Origin: Macrostomum lignano
Taxonomy: Eukaryota
Assembly: GCA_002269645.1 (NCBI GenBank)
Contig: NIVC01001626.1
Coordinates: 186,001-250,000 of the forward strand
DNA length: 64,000 nt
Direction of reading: 5' to 3'
Below the pieces are notes generated by a model. That model was given only the letters and a program-made list of their open reading frames with translations. It was not told the origin of the DNA and ran no database searches. Below, one piece after another: positions 47,785 through 60,247 of the stretch. Both the position numbers and the translations under genes were made by a program. How positions within the stretch are numbered: the stretch's first letter is position 1; every line of letters begins with the position of its first letter.

Positions 47785-50700
47785 ATGAGCTCCAGCAGCT
47801 GCATCATCAACAACAGCAGCTGCAGCAGTGCCAGGCCAGCTGGCCACCCACACGGTGCAGTCCAGGTGGCATCTGACAATGAAGACAGCACCTCCGACCG
47901 CTTTGTGCTGGCCAGCGACTCGCTGCCACACAGCCCCGCGGCCTCGGCTGGCGACCCCGCCAGCTCTGGAGATGCCGCGGCACCCTGCACAGTCGCCTTT
48001 CGTACAGAGCACCCAGAGGGCACCCGCCTGCACCGCCTGGCCTTCGCTGGCGACGTGGCCGCCCTGGCCAGGGCTGTGCGCGACCTCGGACCCGAGGAGG
48101 TGGCCCGGCTTATCAATATCCAGGATAAGCATGGTGAGAGTTTCCGCTGTTTTGGTTGCTATGGAAACAAGCTAACTGTCGGCCTATCTGTGTCAGATCT
48201 AGATAGAGTATATTAGTATATAGTGGATTGCTTGATGAATTAGGTAGTATGGTTAAGTTCACGATGAACTTCTGGGCGCTGCCCAGATCTCTGGCTCTGA
48301 TATGCAGCCGAAGTTGTTGCTGGCCAACCATGTTTGTACTTATAGGTGAAATCTTAAAAACAGTAGTCAATCTTGGTTGCTAGGCAACCATCTTTGTAGG
48401 TAAAATCTTAAAAACAGTAGTCAATCTTGGTTGCTAGGCAACCATCTTTGTAGGTAAAATCTTAAAAACAGTACTCAATCTTGGTTGCTAGGCGTCTATC
48501 TATCTTTGTTTGTAGGTAAAATCTTACAAAAAGTAGTTAATATTGGATGCTAGGCAACCATGTTTTTCTGTAAGTAAAATCTTTAAAACAGTACTCAATC
48601 TTGGTTGCTAGGCATCTATCTTTGTTTATAGGTAAGATCTTGAAAAACAATACTCAATATTGGTTGCTAGGCAACCATCTTTGTTTGTAAAAACAGCAGT
48701 CAATACTGGTTGCTAGGCAACCATCTTTGTTTTTATGTAAAATAGTAAAAAACAGTACTCAATCTTGGTTGCTAAGTAACCATCTTTGTGTAACACGCGG
48801 TATTTGGCAGCACCAAAAAAAAAACACGAAGGCCCCGTGAGGCAGTGATCGCTTTATTTATGCAAGTTGAAGTTAAGCCTGCGATGTACATAGAGAGCGA
48901 ACGTACATTAAATCAATACGATGATTCAGCTAATTATTTGTCACGATTGCTAACAGTTCAGACTGCCTCTAAGGCAAGGAATAAAATATTACATTTCTCC
49001 CCCACAAAAGGAGCATAGCGACAGGGAATAAAAAGATGAGAGTGAGACACAGCTAGCGAAATGTAGAGTAAAAAGAGGAACGCAGACAGTAAAATCGGTT
49101 CAATCACAGTCTCTGACAGTCCATGGCTTCAGTCACTCAGCGCTCACACCGAGGTAGTCCGGAGGGCGCCGCACCCTGGCCGGGTACCGCCGCTCGGCCT
49201 GGCTCGACTCCGGGGCGACCTCGTGGGTCACCGGCTGCTGGCGGAGCTGCTCCGCATCGGCCTGGGCTGCGAGCCGCCTGCGCAGCCGGTTCACGTGCAC
49301 CCAGCGGACCGGCCGAATGCCGAAGGCGCGGCGGATGCGCACCGAGTGGCCGCGCTGCTCGAGCACCGTCCAGCCCGGCTCCCAGTACGGCGCCAGCTTC
49401 GATCGCCGCATCTCGATGCTGAGCAACACCTCGGTGCCTTGCGGAAACTGCGGCAGGTCCGACGCCTTCTTGTCGTGCGCCGCCTTCTGTTGCTGTCCGG
49501 CGGCCACCAGGTTTTCCTCAACGAACTCGCGAATGCGGGCCAACCGACGCTCCAGCAGCGCCGAGTAGGTGCCGATGTCATACTGCTGCTCGCTGGCCTG
49601 CACCTGAGGTGGAAGCTGCGGGTCGCGGCCGGTCATCACAGTCAGCGGCGTCACCTTGGTTGAGCTGTGGACCCTGGAGTTGTAGGACAGGACCACCAGC
49701 GGCAGCTGCTCCTCCCAGCTGGACTCACTCTCGGTGAACAGCCGCAGCAGTTGCAACAGCGACTTGTTGCCGCGCTCCACAAGGCCGTTTCCCTGCGGAT
49801 GGTAGGGCGATGTGCGCGTCTTCCTGATACCCAGCGCTCGCAGCGTCTCCTGGAACAGCTCGCTCTCGAAGTTCGCGCCCTGATCCGAGTGGATGACCGA
49901 TGGAACTCCGAACAGCGAGAAAACCTTGACTGCAGCGTCCGCGATGGTCTTGGCAGTCTGGTCTGGCATCGGCATGGCGGTCAGGAACTTGGAGAACTGG
50001 TCCTGCATCACCAGCAGGTAGCTGTTGCCGCGGTCTGACAGCGGCACCTTCAGCACGTCGATGGCCACAGTCTGCCAGGGCTTGCCGATCGGCATCTCTC
50101 CAAGTGGGGCCGCGGGGCGCTGCTGCGCCTTCTTTAGTTGGCAGGTCTGGCACTCCTGACAGAAACTCACCACGTCGCTCTGCAGTCCCGGCCAGTACGC
50201 GGCCTGCTTCAGCGTATCGGCCATCTTCTCTGGCCCGAAGTGGCCGCCGATGCCTTCGTGGAAGTCGGTCAGGAACTGGCGCCGCAGCGACTCCGGAATC
50301 ACAGGAACGTCTCTCGGTCCTGCGGCGTCGTTGAATGCCCGGCAGAGAAAGCCATCTTGGATCCTCAGCTTCCGCCAGATGCGGCTGAGGTGTCTCAGGC
50401 TGGTGTCCGACCATCTTGGTGGCGTCGTGCTGTCCTTCTCCAGCGCCGCGAGGACCAGCTTGAGCTTCGGATCGGCAAGTTGCGCCTGCCGCATCTCCTG
50501 ATTGGACACCTTCGGCTGTAGCTCCGTTGCCGACGCTCCGATCACCTCGCCGTGGCTTTCGTGCATCCTGGACAGGCCGTCCGCCTCCACGTTGTCGACG
50601 CCCTTGGTATACTTGATGGTGAAGGCGAACTCCTGCAGCAGCAACCGCCAGCGCCCAAGCCGGCCATGGCTGTCGACCCGCTGAGAATTCAGAAACGTGA

Positions 50701-53700
50701 GCGGGCAGTGGTCGGTGAAGACCGTGAAGTGCCGGCCAAGCAGGTAGTGCCTGTAGGTCTTCAGGGCGTGCAGGATAGCCAGGCACTCCTTCTCGACAGT
50801 TGAGTAGCCCTTCTCCGGTGCCGTAAGCGCTCTGCTGCAGTACTCAATCACCTGGTCTCCTTGCTTGAGCACGATGCCGACTCCGGTGTTGCTGGCATCC
50901 GTGTAGAGCTGGAACTCCTTGGAGAAATCCGGGTGGCCGATGATCGGCGGCTGCTGCAAGGCCTCCTTGAGACGTCGGAATGCCGTGCCGCACTCGCTGG
51001 TCCACTCGAACTTCTCTGTTTTGCTCGTCAGTCTGTGCAGCGGCCCGGCGATGTCGGAGAAGCTCGGCACGTACTTCCTGTACTGGTTGCAGAGGCCCAG
51101 GAACTGCCGCACCTGCGTTGGCGAATGCGGTATCGGCCACTCCTGGATAGCGCGCACCTTCTCAGGGCTCACGGTGGCACCCTTAGCCGAGAACACGGTG
51201 CCGAGAAAAGTGACCTCCGGCAGGCCTAGCTGGCACTTGCTGCCTCGGACGGTGAGCCCAGCGCCTCTGATCTTCTTGAAGACTTCTCGCAGGTGCCGGA
51301 GATGCTCAGCCTTCGATCTGGAGAAGCACAGCGTGTCGTCCATGTAGGTGAAGGTCTGCGCGGCGCCTTTGAACACGCGGTTCATTAGGATGGTGAACGA
51401 GCTCGGGCCGCCGCAGACGCCCTGCGGCATCCGCTTGAACTGTTACAGCGGCATTCCGGGCCCTGGGCTGAAGGCCGTCTTCTGCTTGTCTTCCGGCTTC
51501 ATCGGAATTTGGAAGTAGCCGCCGTTCAGGTCGATCACCGAGAAAATCTCGTTGCCAGCCAACTTGTCCTTGACGAAGTCCATCTGCGGAATGCCCTGCG
51601 CTGACCGCACCGTCTTCTTGTTCAGCTCGCGGTAATCGATCGTCAACCGCAGGTCACCGTTCTTCTTCCGCACGTACACTGGGGTCGCCACGTACGGGCT
51701 GTCCGACTCCTCGATGACGTCATTGTCCAGCAGCTCCTGAATCAGCTTCCTCACCTCGGGCTCCCAGTGCACCGGCAGCTTCCTCGGCGGAATCCGCACC
51801 GGGACATCGTCAGTCAGCGGGATGCTGTGATCGTGTCGATCCGTCAGCCCTGGCCGCCTGGTGAAAATGTCGCTGAACTCGCGCACCAAAGCTCGGATGT
51901 CCGGGTCCTCCGCGACTGGCAGGTCGATCTCCTCCTTGGTGAAATCCGGCACCAGCTTCTCTTCAATGTCCTCGAGCTGACTGTCAGCATCGAGGTGACT
52001 CACGCCGTTGATCACACAAGAGTCCTTTGATGGGGTCTCTGCTGTACTGTCGCGGAAGTCCAGGCACATGTTGCAGGCCTTGATGAAGTCCAGCCCGATG
52101 ATGACGGCAGCAACCAGACCTTCAGACACGTAAAACGGGTGCCGCCGCTCGATGCCGCCGAGCGACACCGCCAGGCTGGCCACCTGCCGCACCGGCACCG
52201 CTTGCTGGTTGACTGCCCGCAGCTCCAGGTGCACGCTCTCCAGCTGAGCTGGCCGCATGCTCTGCAGGACCCGCTTGTCCACGATTGACACCTGGCTGCC
52301 TGAGTCGATAAGCGCCGTGACGTCCGCGCCTCCGATCCTGCACTGCAGCTTGGATGTCGCCGAGTTCGGCCTGATGACGACTGCCGCTGCGCTGCTGCTG
52401 GCTGCACCGCTCCCCTCTGCGCCCAGGAACAACCCACTCACGCTGGGGCCCGCGCTCAGAACTGGCCAGGGGTGCGGGCTCTGCCCCGGCCTGTGCCGTT
52501 TCCCGACGGCTGATTGCAGTTCCTGGCGATGTGACCGCGGCGGTGGCAGTTCCAGCAGGTCACCTCGCGCTGTCTCCTCGCACTGCGAATCGCGCAGGAG
52601 TCCGAAACCTCTGAGCCCAGCTTCGCCGCCAGGTCTTGGACGGTCGCCTGCAGCGAGCTGACCGCAGCCCGCAGTTCTGCAGTCTCCGCGCTGCCTGCAG
52701 CTCCGGCTGCCGCTGCAAGAGGCTGCTTGAATCCGTCCGTGGTGGCAGAAGGCAGCTCCAGTAGCAGTTGTGCCCGTGCGAGAGCGTCACTCACGGTCTT
52801 GGCTGACGCGTCCGCTCTGATCTGCTTGCTGATGTCCTCCGGCAGTCCGCGGATGAACTGGTGAGTCAGCATGGTGGCCGTTGCGCCTGCCTCGCTGATG
52901 CCCGCGTCCTTTAGCAGCTGCTTCAGGTGATAGAGAAAGAGCCGAGGAGATTCGCCCGGCAGCAGCTTCCGGCTCTCAAATGCATCCAGCGCTGAGAATT
53001 TCTGGCTGTCCGGGTGAAATGCCTGGCTCAGAGCTTTGGTCACTTTGCTGTAGTCGCTCTTGCTATTCTCGTCGAGCTCAAGAAAAACAGCCAGAGCCTC
53101 ACCATCCAAAAACGTTGGCAGGTGCAAATGTTTGTCATTTACCCACTTGTTGGCTGCCGCGCACAGCTCAAACCGCTGGAGCCACTCCTTAAAGTTGCCT
53201 GAGCTGAACGCCCTAGGAATCGCACGGTGACTGCCGCCCTCTGCCATAGTACGCTCTGCTACCACTTGTAACACGCGGTATTTGGCAGCACCAAAAACAC
53301 GAAGGCCCCGTGAGGCAGTGATCGCTTTATTTATGCAAGTTGAAGTTAAGCCTGCGATGTACATAGAGAGCGAACGTACATTAAATCAATACGATGATTC
53401 AGCTAATTATTTGTCACGATTGCTAACAGTTCAGACTGCCTCTAAGGCAAGCAATAAAATATTACATTTGTTTGTAGGTAAAATCTTAAAAAACAGTATT
53501 CAATCTTGGTTGCTAGGCAACCATCTTTGTTTGTAGATAAAATAGTAAAAACAGTAGTCAATATTGGTTACTAGGCAATCATATATATTGTTTGTAGGTA
53601 AAATAGTAAAAACAGTACTTAATCCTGGTTGCTAGGCAAGTTAAACTAATCAAAGCATCTATCTTCGTTGCCAGGCAACACAGCGCTACACATCGCAATA

Positions 53701-56700
53701 ATGCGCGGTCACCACGCCTGCGTGACGCTACTGACGGGCGAGGGCGCCTCCGTGCGGATCCGAAACCGGGAGTGCTGGTCACCCATCTGCGAGGCCGTCA
53801 GCTATGGGGACAGGAAGACCAGTAGGTGGCTCGCGTGTTGCAAGGCTGGGATGGTGTGTCTGGGTCTGTGTTGCGTCCGTCTGTAATGTGTCTTTCTGCG
53901 TTGTGTCTGGGTCTGTGTTTCGTCCGTCTGTAATGTGTCTCTTTCTGTGTTGTGTCTGGGTCTTTGTGTTTTGTCTGGGTCTCTGTGGTCTGTATCACTG
54001 AGCTATTTCCGTCTTTGTGGTGTTATGTGTCTCTGAGTTGTGTCTTGGTCTATGTGTTGTCTAGATCTCCAGTTATCTGCAGTACCTTTGTGTTTTTTAC
54101 CTGTGTCTCTCAAGGTATCTCTGGGTCGATCTGGGTCCTTTCTTCTGTCTGGATTTGCCTGGGTCTCTTAGGGTTTCTCTGGGGTTTCTCGGGGTATCTC
54201 TGGGTCTCTTAGGGTATCCCTGGGTCTATCAGGGTATCCCTGGGTCTCGCAGGGTATCCCTGGGTCTCCCAAGATATTCCTGGGTCTCTCAAGATATCCG
54301 TGGGTCTCTCAGGGTGTCCCTGGTGTCTGTGTATGCCTGGGTCTCTCAGGGTGTCCCTGGTGTCTGTGTATGCCTGGGTCTCTCAGGGTGTCCCTGGTGT
54401 CTGTGTATGCCTGGGTCTCTCAGGGTGTCCCTGGTGTCTGTATGCCTGGGTCTCTCAGGGTGTCCCTGGTGTCTGTGTATGCCTGGGTCTCTGGGTCCAT
54501 CGGGTGCTCTTTTGGGCGAGTCTGGTTGTGTGTTTTGCAGCCCAGTCTGTGTGCGGGCTGCAGCTGTGAGCAGCGCCTTCATCCTCTCCCCAGTCAGGAT
54601 TTCTCGAAACCCCAGCTGCTTCGGTGCTCAAATTGGAACAGACATTTTATTATTATGGATTCTGTGTTCCCAGCACTGAAGATAACCCGCTCTGGCAGGC
54701 CGCCTTCCCGCCACCTCGTCCTCGCCTTTGAGTCCTCGGGCGCGCGCGCCGCCTCAATCGGCTTGAGGGTGGGGGGGTAATTAACTAGAGGGAAAGAGAC
54801 TGTAAGCCTCATCGGCTCTTAATCAGCGTCTTCAAATGACTGAGCTGTGTCTGCTTAGGAATGCTTATTGTATTTACTGACTGAGCTCCCTGTGTGTTCT
54901 TGATGGCGCTGCTGAGCTGCCCTGGAATTCCCGTAGCTCTAGCCATTAGCTCCGCATTGTAAGCCGCTGTTGAGTGACAGATCGGCTGACAGACTGACTG
55001 ACAGACAGGCTGACAGAGTGGCTGACAGACTGACTGACAGACAGGCTGACAGAGTGGCTGACAGACTGACTGACAGACAGGCTGACAGAGTGGCTGACAG
55101 ACAGGCTGACAGACTGACTGACAGACTGGCTGACAGACTGAGTGACAGACTGGCTGACAGACTGGCTGACAGACTGAGTGACAGACTGGCTGACAGACTG
55201 AGTGACAGACTGGCTGACAGACTGAGTGACAGACTGGCTGACAGACTGAGTGACAGACTGGCTGACAGACTAGCTGACATACTGACTGAAAGATGCCAAT
55301 GCCAAACCTATTTCCAGTCCTGCACATCATCCGCCTGCTGCACCGGGAGCTGCAGGAGCTCGGCGAATCGCGCAGGCAGGACCTCATCCGGCTGCTCAAG
55401 TCTCTGCCGGACTTCTACCTGGAGATCAAGTGGGACTTCCAGACCTGGGGTGAGTGGCAGCTTAGTTTCCTGTCAATCTGACTGCCACCACCTGGTCGGT
55501 CACTCCCTCTGCCACACCTGTCACTCTCGTACCTGATCGGTCACTTCCTCTGCCACACCTGTCACTCTTGTACCTGATCCGTCACTCCCTCTGCCACACC
55601 TGTCACTCTCGTACCTGATCCGTCACTCCCTCTGCCACACCTGTCACTCTCCCACCTGATTGGTCACTCCCTCTGCCACACCTGTCACTCTCCCACCTGA
55701 TCGGTCACTTCCTCTGCCACACCTGTCACTCTCGTACCTGATCCGTCACTTCCTCTGCCACACCTGTCACTCTCCCACCTGATCGGTCACTCCCTCTGCC
55801 ACACCTGTCACTCTCGTACCTGATCCGTCACTTCCTCTGTCACACCTGTCACTCTCGCACCTGATCCGTCACCCCTGCATCCCCCACGCAGTGCCGCTGC
55901 TGTCCCGCCTGCTGCCCAGCGACGTGTGCCGGCTGTACAAGAAGGGCGCCCGTGTCCGCATGGACAGCACCCTGGTGGACTTTGAGGACATGCGCTGGAC
56001 TCGGGGTGACATCTCCTTCCTTTACAATGGCGAGGAGAAGGCGCGTAACGCCTTCGTCATGCTGGACAACGCGGCCCGCTGCTATCAGCGGATGCGACGC
56101 GAGAGGAACAGCGAGAGGGACCTGGCCTCCGAGGCAGACATGCTCATGGCCAGCGATGTGGACTTCGCCAAGCTCGACACCGCCAGGGCCAAGTTCTCCA
56201 GGCAGCAACAGGTGGGAGTCTGCGCGGAACTGCCTGCTGAGCAGTGGGATTCCTGTGCCTGTGGGATTCCTGTGTCTGTGGGATTCCTATGTCTGTGGGA
56301 TTCCTGTGTCTGTGGGATTCCTGTGTCTGTGGGATTCCTATGCCTGTGGGATTCCTGTGTCTGTGGGATTCCTGTGTCTGTGGGATTCCTGTGTCTGTGG
56401 GATTCCTATGCCTGTGGGATTCCTGTGTCTGTGGGATTCCTATGCCTGTGGGATTCCTGTGTCTGTGGGATTCCTGTGTCTGTGGGATTCCTATGCCTGT
56501 GGGATTCCTGTGTCTGTGGGATTCCTGTGTCTGTGGGATTCCTGTGTCTGTGGGATTCCTGTGTCTGTGGGATTCCTATGCCTGTGGGATTCCTGTGTCT
56601 GTGGGATTCCTGTGTCTGTGGGATTCCTGTGTCTGTGGGATTCCTATGCCTGTGGGATTCCTGTGTCTGTGGGATTCCTATGCCTGTGGGATTCCTGTGT

Positions 56701-59700
56701 CTGTGGGATTCCTGTGTCTGTGGGATTCCTATGCCTGTGGGATTCCTGTGTCTGTGGGATTCCTGTGTCTGTGGGATTCCTGTGTCTGTGGGATTCCTGT
56801 GTCTGTGGGATTCCTATGCCTGTGGGATTCCTGTGTCTGTGGGATTCCTATGCCTGTGGGATTCCTGTGTCTGTGGGATTCCTGTGTCTGTGGGATTCCT
56901 GTGTCTGTGGGATTCCTATGCCTGTGGGATTCCTGTGTCTGTGGGATTCCTATGCCTGTGGGATTCCTGTGTCTGTGGGATTCCTGTGTCTGTGGGATTC
57001 CTATGCCTGTGGGATTCCTGTGTCTGTGGGATTCCTGTGTCTGTGGGATTCCTGTGTCTGTGGGATTCCTGTGTCTGTGGGATTCCTATGCCTGTGGGAT
57101 TCCTGTGTCTGTGGGATTCCTGTGTCTGTGGGATTCCTGTGTCTGTGGGATTCCTATGCCTGTGGGATTCCTGTGTCTGTGGGATTTATGTATCTATGGG
57201 ATTCCTGTGCCTGTGGGATTCCTATGTCTGTGGGATTCCTGTGCCTGTGGGATTCCTGTGTTTGTGGGATTCCTGTGTCTGTGGGATTCCTGTGTCTGTG
57301 GGATTCCTGTGTCTGTGGGATCTGAATCAATGGATGCTCATAATGTTCCATCCTCAGTTTCGTGAGTCTTGGCTTCATCTCTATGTGCCCAGGCCTCCCA
57401 GCTTCATGTACTCACTCACCCGAGCTCCATCACTCCCCCCTCCGCAGGGCTGGCTGTGGCGGCGGCACGAGCGCAGCGAGCAGGTGGGTGACTGGAGCGC
57501 CAGCTTCTACGAGGTGCGCGGCCTGCGGCTGTGCGTGCGGAAGCGGCGCGAGCACCTGTCTGCTGAGGACGTCCGGCGCAACAAGGAGGTGATGGAGAAA
57601 TTCGCCAAAGGTCACGTGGCCCAGAATCTCGAATTCGAGGAGCGCCATTCGCTGCCGCCGCCGACCCCGCCGCCGGAGCCCGAGGATGAGGCGGCCCTGG
57701 AAGCTGCCTGGGCGGCCTACCTGGCCGGAGACAGTCCCTACCTGGGCCGCAAGCCCGTGCTGAAGGACAGCATCAAGACCCACACATGCCGGCTGGCTAT
57801 GGCCGAGGATTTCCCGCTGGATGTGAAGCAGTAAGCAGTTTCCCTGTGAGATTCCTATCATGAGATTGTGAGATTCCTAATTTCCTACCATGAAATTAAA
57901 ATTCCTACCGTGAGATTATAAGACTCCTACCATGCGATTGTAGATTCCTACCATGAGATTGTGAGATTCCTACCATGAGACTATGAGGCTCCTACCATGG
58001 GATTGTGAGATTCCTACCATGAGATTATGAAACTTCTAACATGAGATTGTGAGATTCCTACCGTGAGATTATGAGGCTCCTACCATGGGATTGTGAGATT
58101 CCTACCATGAGATTATGAAACTTCTAACATGAGATTGTGAGATTCCTATCGTGAGATTAAAATTCCTACCGTGAGATTATAAGACTCCTACCATGAGATT
58201 GTAGATTCCTACTATGAGATTGTGAGATTCCTACCATGAGATTGTAGATTCTTACCATGAGATTGTAAGATTCCTACCATGAGATTGTAGATTCTTACCA
58301 TGAGATTGTAAGATTCCTACCATGAGATTGTAGATTCTTACCATGAGATTGTGTGGTATTTACTGTGAGATTGTGAGGCTGCTACCATGAGAATATGAGA
58401 TTCCTACCATGAGATTGTGAGATTCCTATCATGATATTGTGAGATTACTACTATGAGATTGTGAGATTCCTACCATGAGATTGTCAGATTCCTACCATGA
58501 GATTGTGAGATTCCTATCATGAGATTGTGAGATTCCTACCATGAGATTGTCAGATTCCTACCATGAGATTGTGAGATTCCTATCATGAGATTGTGAGACT
58601 CCTACCATGAGATTGTGAGATAACTATTATGAGATTGTGAGATTCCTATCATGAGATTGTGAGATTACTACTATGAGATTGTGTGATTCCTACCATGAGA
58701 TTGTGAGATTGCTACCATGATATTGTGAGATTCTTGCAATTCCTAGCATTAAGATTCCAGTATGAGATTTCCCCTGGAATTATCCCAAGACCGCAGTCCC
58801 AAACCCCAATTCGATCCGCCAGATTCCTCGAGCTGCTCCGCCTGCTGGCGCCGTTCAAGCAGTTCAACCGGTTGCGCGAATTCCTCAGCAACCAGCTGCC
58901 GCCCGGGTTCCCGGTGAAGATCGGTGAGCTTCGCTTTGGTGACAGTGCGGCACCATAGGCGGCCATGCCTACTTGCAGTAGTATAAGTGCTGTGGGATGC
59001 AGTCTTGCAGTTTTTTGCTAGTGATTTGCAATTGGATATGAGCAGTGCAGAGGTAATACCAAATAATGAATATATAAATATGAGCAAGCTATAAGTAGGT
59101 GGCATGGCCTTTATGAGCAGGTTAAAATAGGCATAACCATTATGAGCAGGCTATCAGTAGGTATGACCATTATGAGCAGGCTATCAGTAGGCATGACATT
59201 TATGAGCAGGCTATAATTATACATGACCATTATCAGTAGGCTATAAATAGGCATGACCATTATGAGCAGGCTGTCAGAAGGCATAACCATTATGAGCATT
59301 CTATCAGTAGGCATGACCATTATGAGCAGGCTATCAGTAGGCATGACAATTATGAGCAGGCTATAACTATACATGACCATTATGAGCAGATAATAAGTAG
59401 GCATGACCATTATGAGAAGGCTATCAGTAGGCATGACCATTATGAGCAGGCTATCAGTAGGCATGACCATTATGAGCAGGCTATCAGTAGGCATGACCAT
59501 TATGAGAAGGCTATCAGTAGGCATGACCATTATGAGCAGGCTATCAGTAGGCATGACCATTATGAGCAGGCTATCAGTAGGCATGACCATTATGAGCAGG
59601 CTATCAGTAGGCATGACCATTATGAGCAGGCTATCAGTAGGCATGACCATTATGAGCAGGCTATCAGTAGGCATGACCATTATGAGCAGGCTATCAGTAG

Positions 59701-60247
59701 GCATGACCATTATGAGCAGGCTATAATTATACATGACCATTATGAGCAGATTATAAGTAGGCATGACCATTATGAGCAGATTACAAGTAGACATGACCAT
59801 TATGAGCAGGCTATCAGTAGGCATGACCATTATGAGCAGGCTATCAGTAGGCATGGCCATTATGAGCAGGCTATCAGTAGGCATGACCATTATGAGCAGT
59901 CTATCAGTAGGCATGACCATTATGAGCAGGCTATCAGTAGGCATGACCATTATGAGCAGGCTATAATTATACATGACCATTATGAGCAGATTATAAGTAG
60001 GCATGACCATTATGAGCAGATTACAAGTAGACATGACCATTATGAGCAGGCTATCAGTAGGCATGACCATTATGAGCAGAACCAAGCCAGCAGCCTCGCA
60101 CACCCGCCCACAGAGATGCCGGTCTATCCCACCATCACGGCCCAGGTGAGCTTCCGCCACTACGAGCTGCGCACCGACCTCGCCGACTCGCTGTTCACCA
60201 TCCCGGAGGGCTTCAAGCACAGCCGGCGCCGGTTCCCCAACTTGTGA
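47785..60247 (+). CDS. ANKRD13C: ANKRD13C-like ankyrin repeat / GPCR-chaperone protein; exons 47785-48133, 53675-53821, 55318-55449, 55892-56211, 57448-57830, 58823-58923, 60114-60247; 521 aa
   Basis: DKHGNTALHIA, WSPICEAVSYGD, DFYLEIKWDFQTWVPLLSRLLPSD, RKRREHLS, LPPGFPVKIE, PTITAQVSF, ending RFPNL* like ANKRD13C RFPDL*. All six introns are GT-AG with matching phases. Confidence 0.92.
48156..48169 (+). promoter_or_regulatory. Candidate RFX X-box GTTGCTATGGAAAC near the start of ANKRD13 intron 1
   Basis: Matches the 14-bp X-box consensus. Motif match only, no binding data. Confidence 0.45.
49133..52504 (-). pseudogene. pol: Retrotransposon pol (PR-RT-RNaseH-IN) in the -1 frame to gag, with one in-frame TAA at 51443-51445
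   Basis: Protease LIDSGS, RT TYMDD, RNase H YTDAS, integrase HHCC and D-D-E. MPL*QFKRMPQG sits where LY(E/Q)F is expected; both ORF halves are in the same frame. Confidence 0.9.
52456..53247 (-). CDS. gag: Retrotransposon gag, 263 aa
   Basis: ATG just after the PBS; CCHC knuckle CWNCHRRGHIARNC. Confidence 0.9.
   Translation of the reverse strand: MAEGGSHRAIPRAFSSGNFKEWLQRFELCAAANKWVNDKHLHLPTFLDGEALAVFLELDENSKSDYSKVTKALSQAFHPDSQKFSALDAFESRKLLPGESPRLFLYHLKQLLKDAGISEAGATATMLTHQFIRGLPEDISKQIRADASAKTVSDALARAQLLLELPSATTDGFKQPLAAAAGAAGSAETAELRAAVSSLQATVQDLAAKLGSEVSDSCAIRSARRQREVTCWNCHRRGHIARNCNQPSGNGTGRGRARTPGQF
54160..54490. repeat. GGGTCTCT-rich repeats, including a 37-bp unit, in ANKRD13 intron 2
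   Basis: Unit GGGTCTCTCAGGGTGTCCCTGGTGTCTGTGTATGCCT. Confidence 0.85.
54975..55290. repeat. (GACA/GACT/GGCT) mixed short repeat in ANKRD13 intron 2
   Basis: CTGACAGACTGG-type 8-12-bp units. Confidence 0.9.
55490..55870. repeat. 41-bp minisatellite in ANKRD13 intron 3
   Basis: Unit CCTGATCCGTCACTCCCTCTGCCACACCTGTCACTCTCGTA. Confidence 0.93.
56243..57320. repeat. 17-bp minisatellite in ANKRD13 intron 4
   Basis: Unit GTGGGATTCCTGTGTCT with a ...TATGCCT variant. Confidence 0.96.
57845..58770. repeat. ~22-bp minisatellite in ANKRD13 intron 5
   Basis: Unit GAGATTCCTACCATGAGATTGT. Confidence 0.93.
59085..60080. repeat. 30-bp minisatellite in ANKRD13 intron 6
   Basis: Unit GCATGACCATTATGAGCAGGCTATCAGTAG. 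Confidence 0.96.

Larger units (their letters stand above)
48789..53466 (-). mobile_element. Full-length Ty3/Gypsy LTR retrotransposon, antisense in ANKRD13 intron 1
   Basis: TG...CA LTRs at 53267-53466 (5') and 48789-48993 (3') differ by one substitution and an A-run length. 4-bp TSD TTTG. PBS TGGTAGCAGAGC (53253-53264, tRNA-iMet type). PPT at 48994-49003. Domain order gag-PR-RT-RH-IN. Confidence 0.96.
48340..53640. repeat. ~55-65-bp tandem repeat carrying the palindrome GGTTGCTAGGCAACC, split by the LTR element (48340-48788 and 53467-53640)
   Basis: About 11 full or degenerate units; the array continues on both sides of the insertion. Confidence 0.85.

Noticed and set aside
60245-60247. 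UGA as selenocysteine
   Set aside because: The homologous human protein ends at this position, there is no redox motif, and I could not recognise a SECIS downstream.
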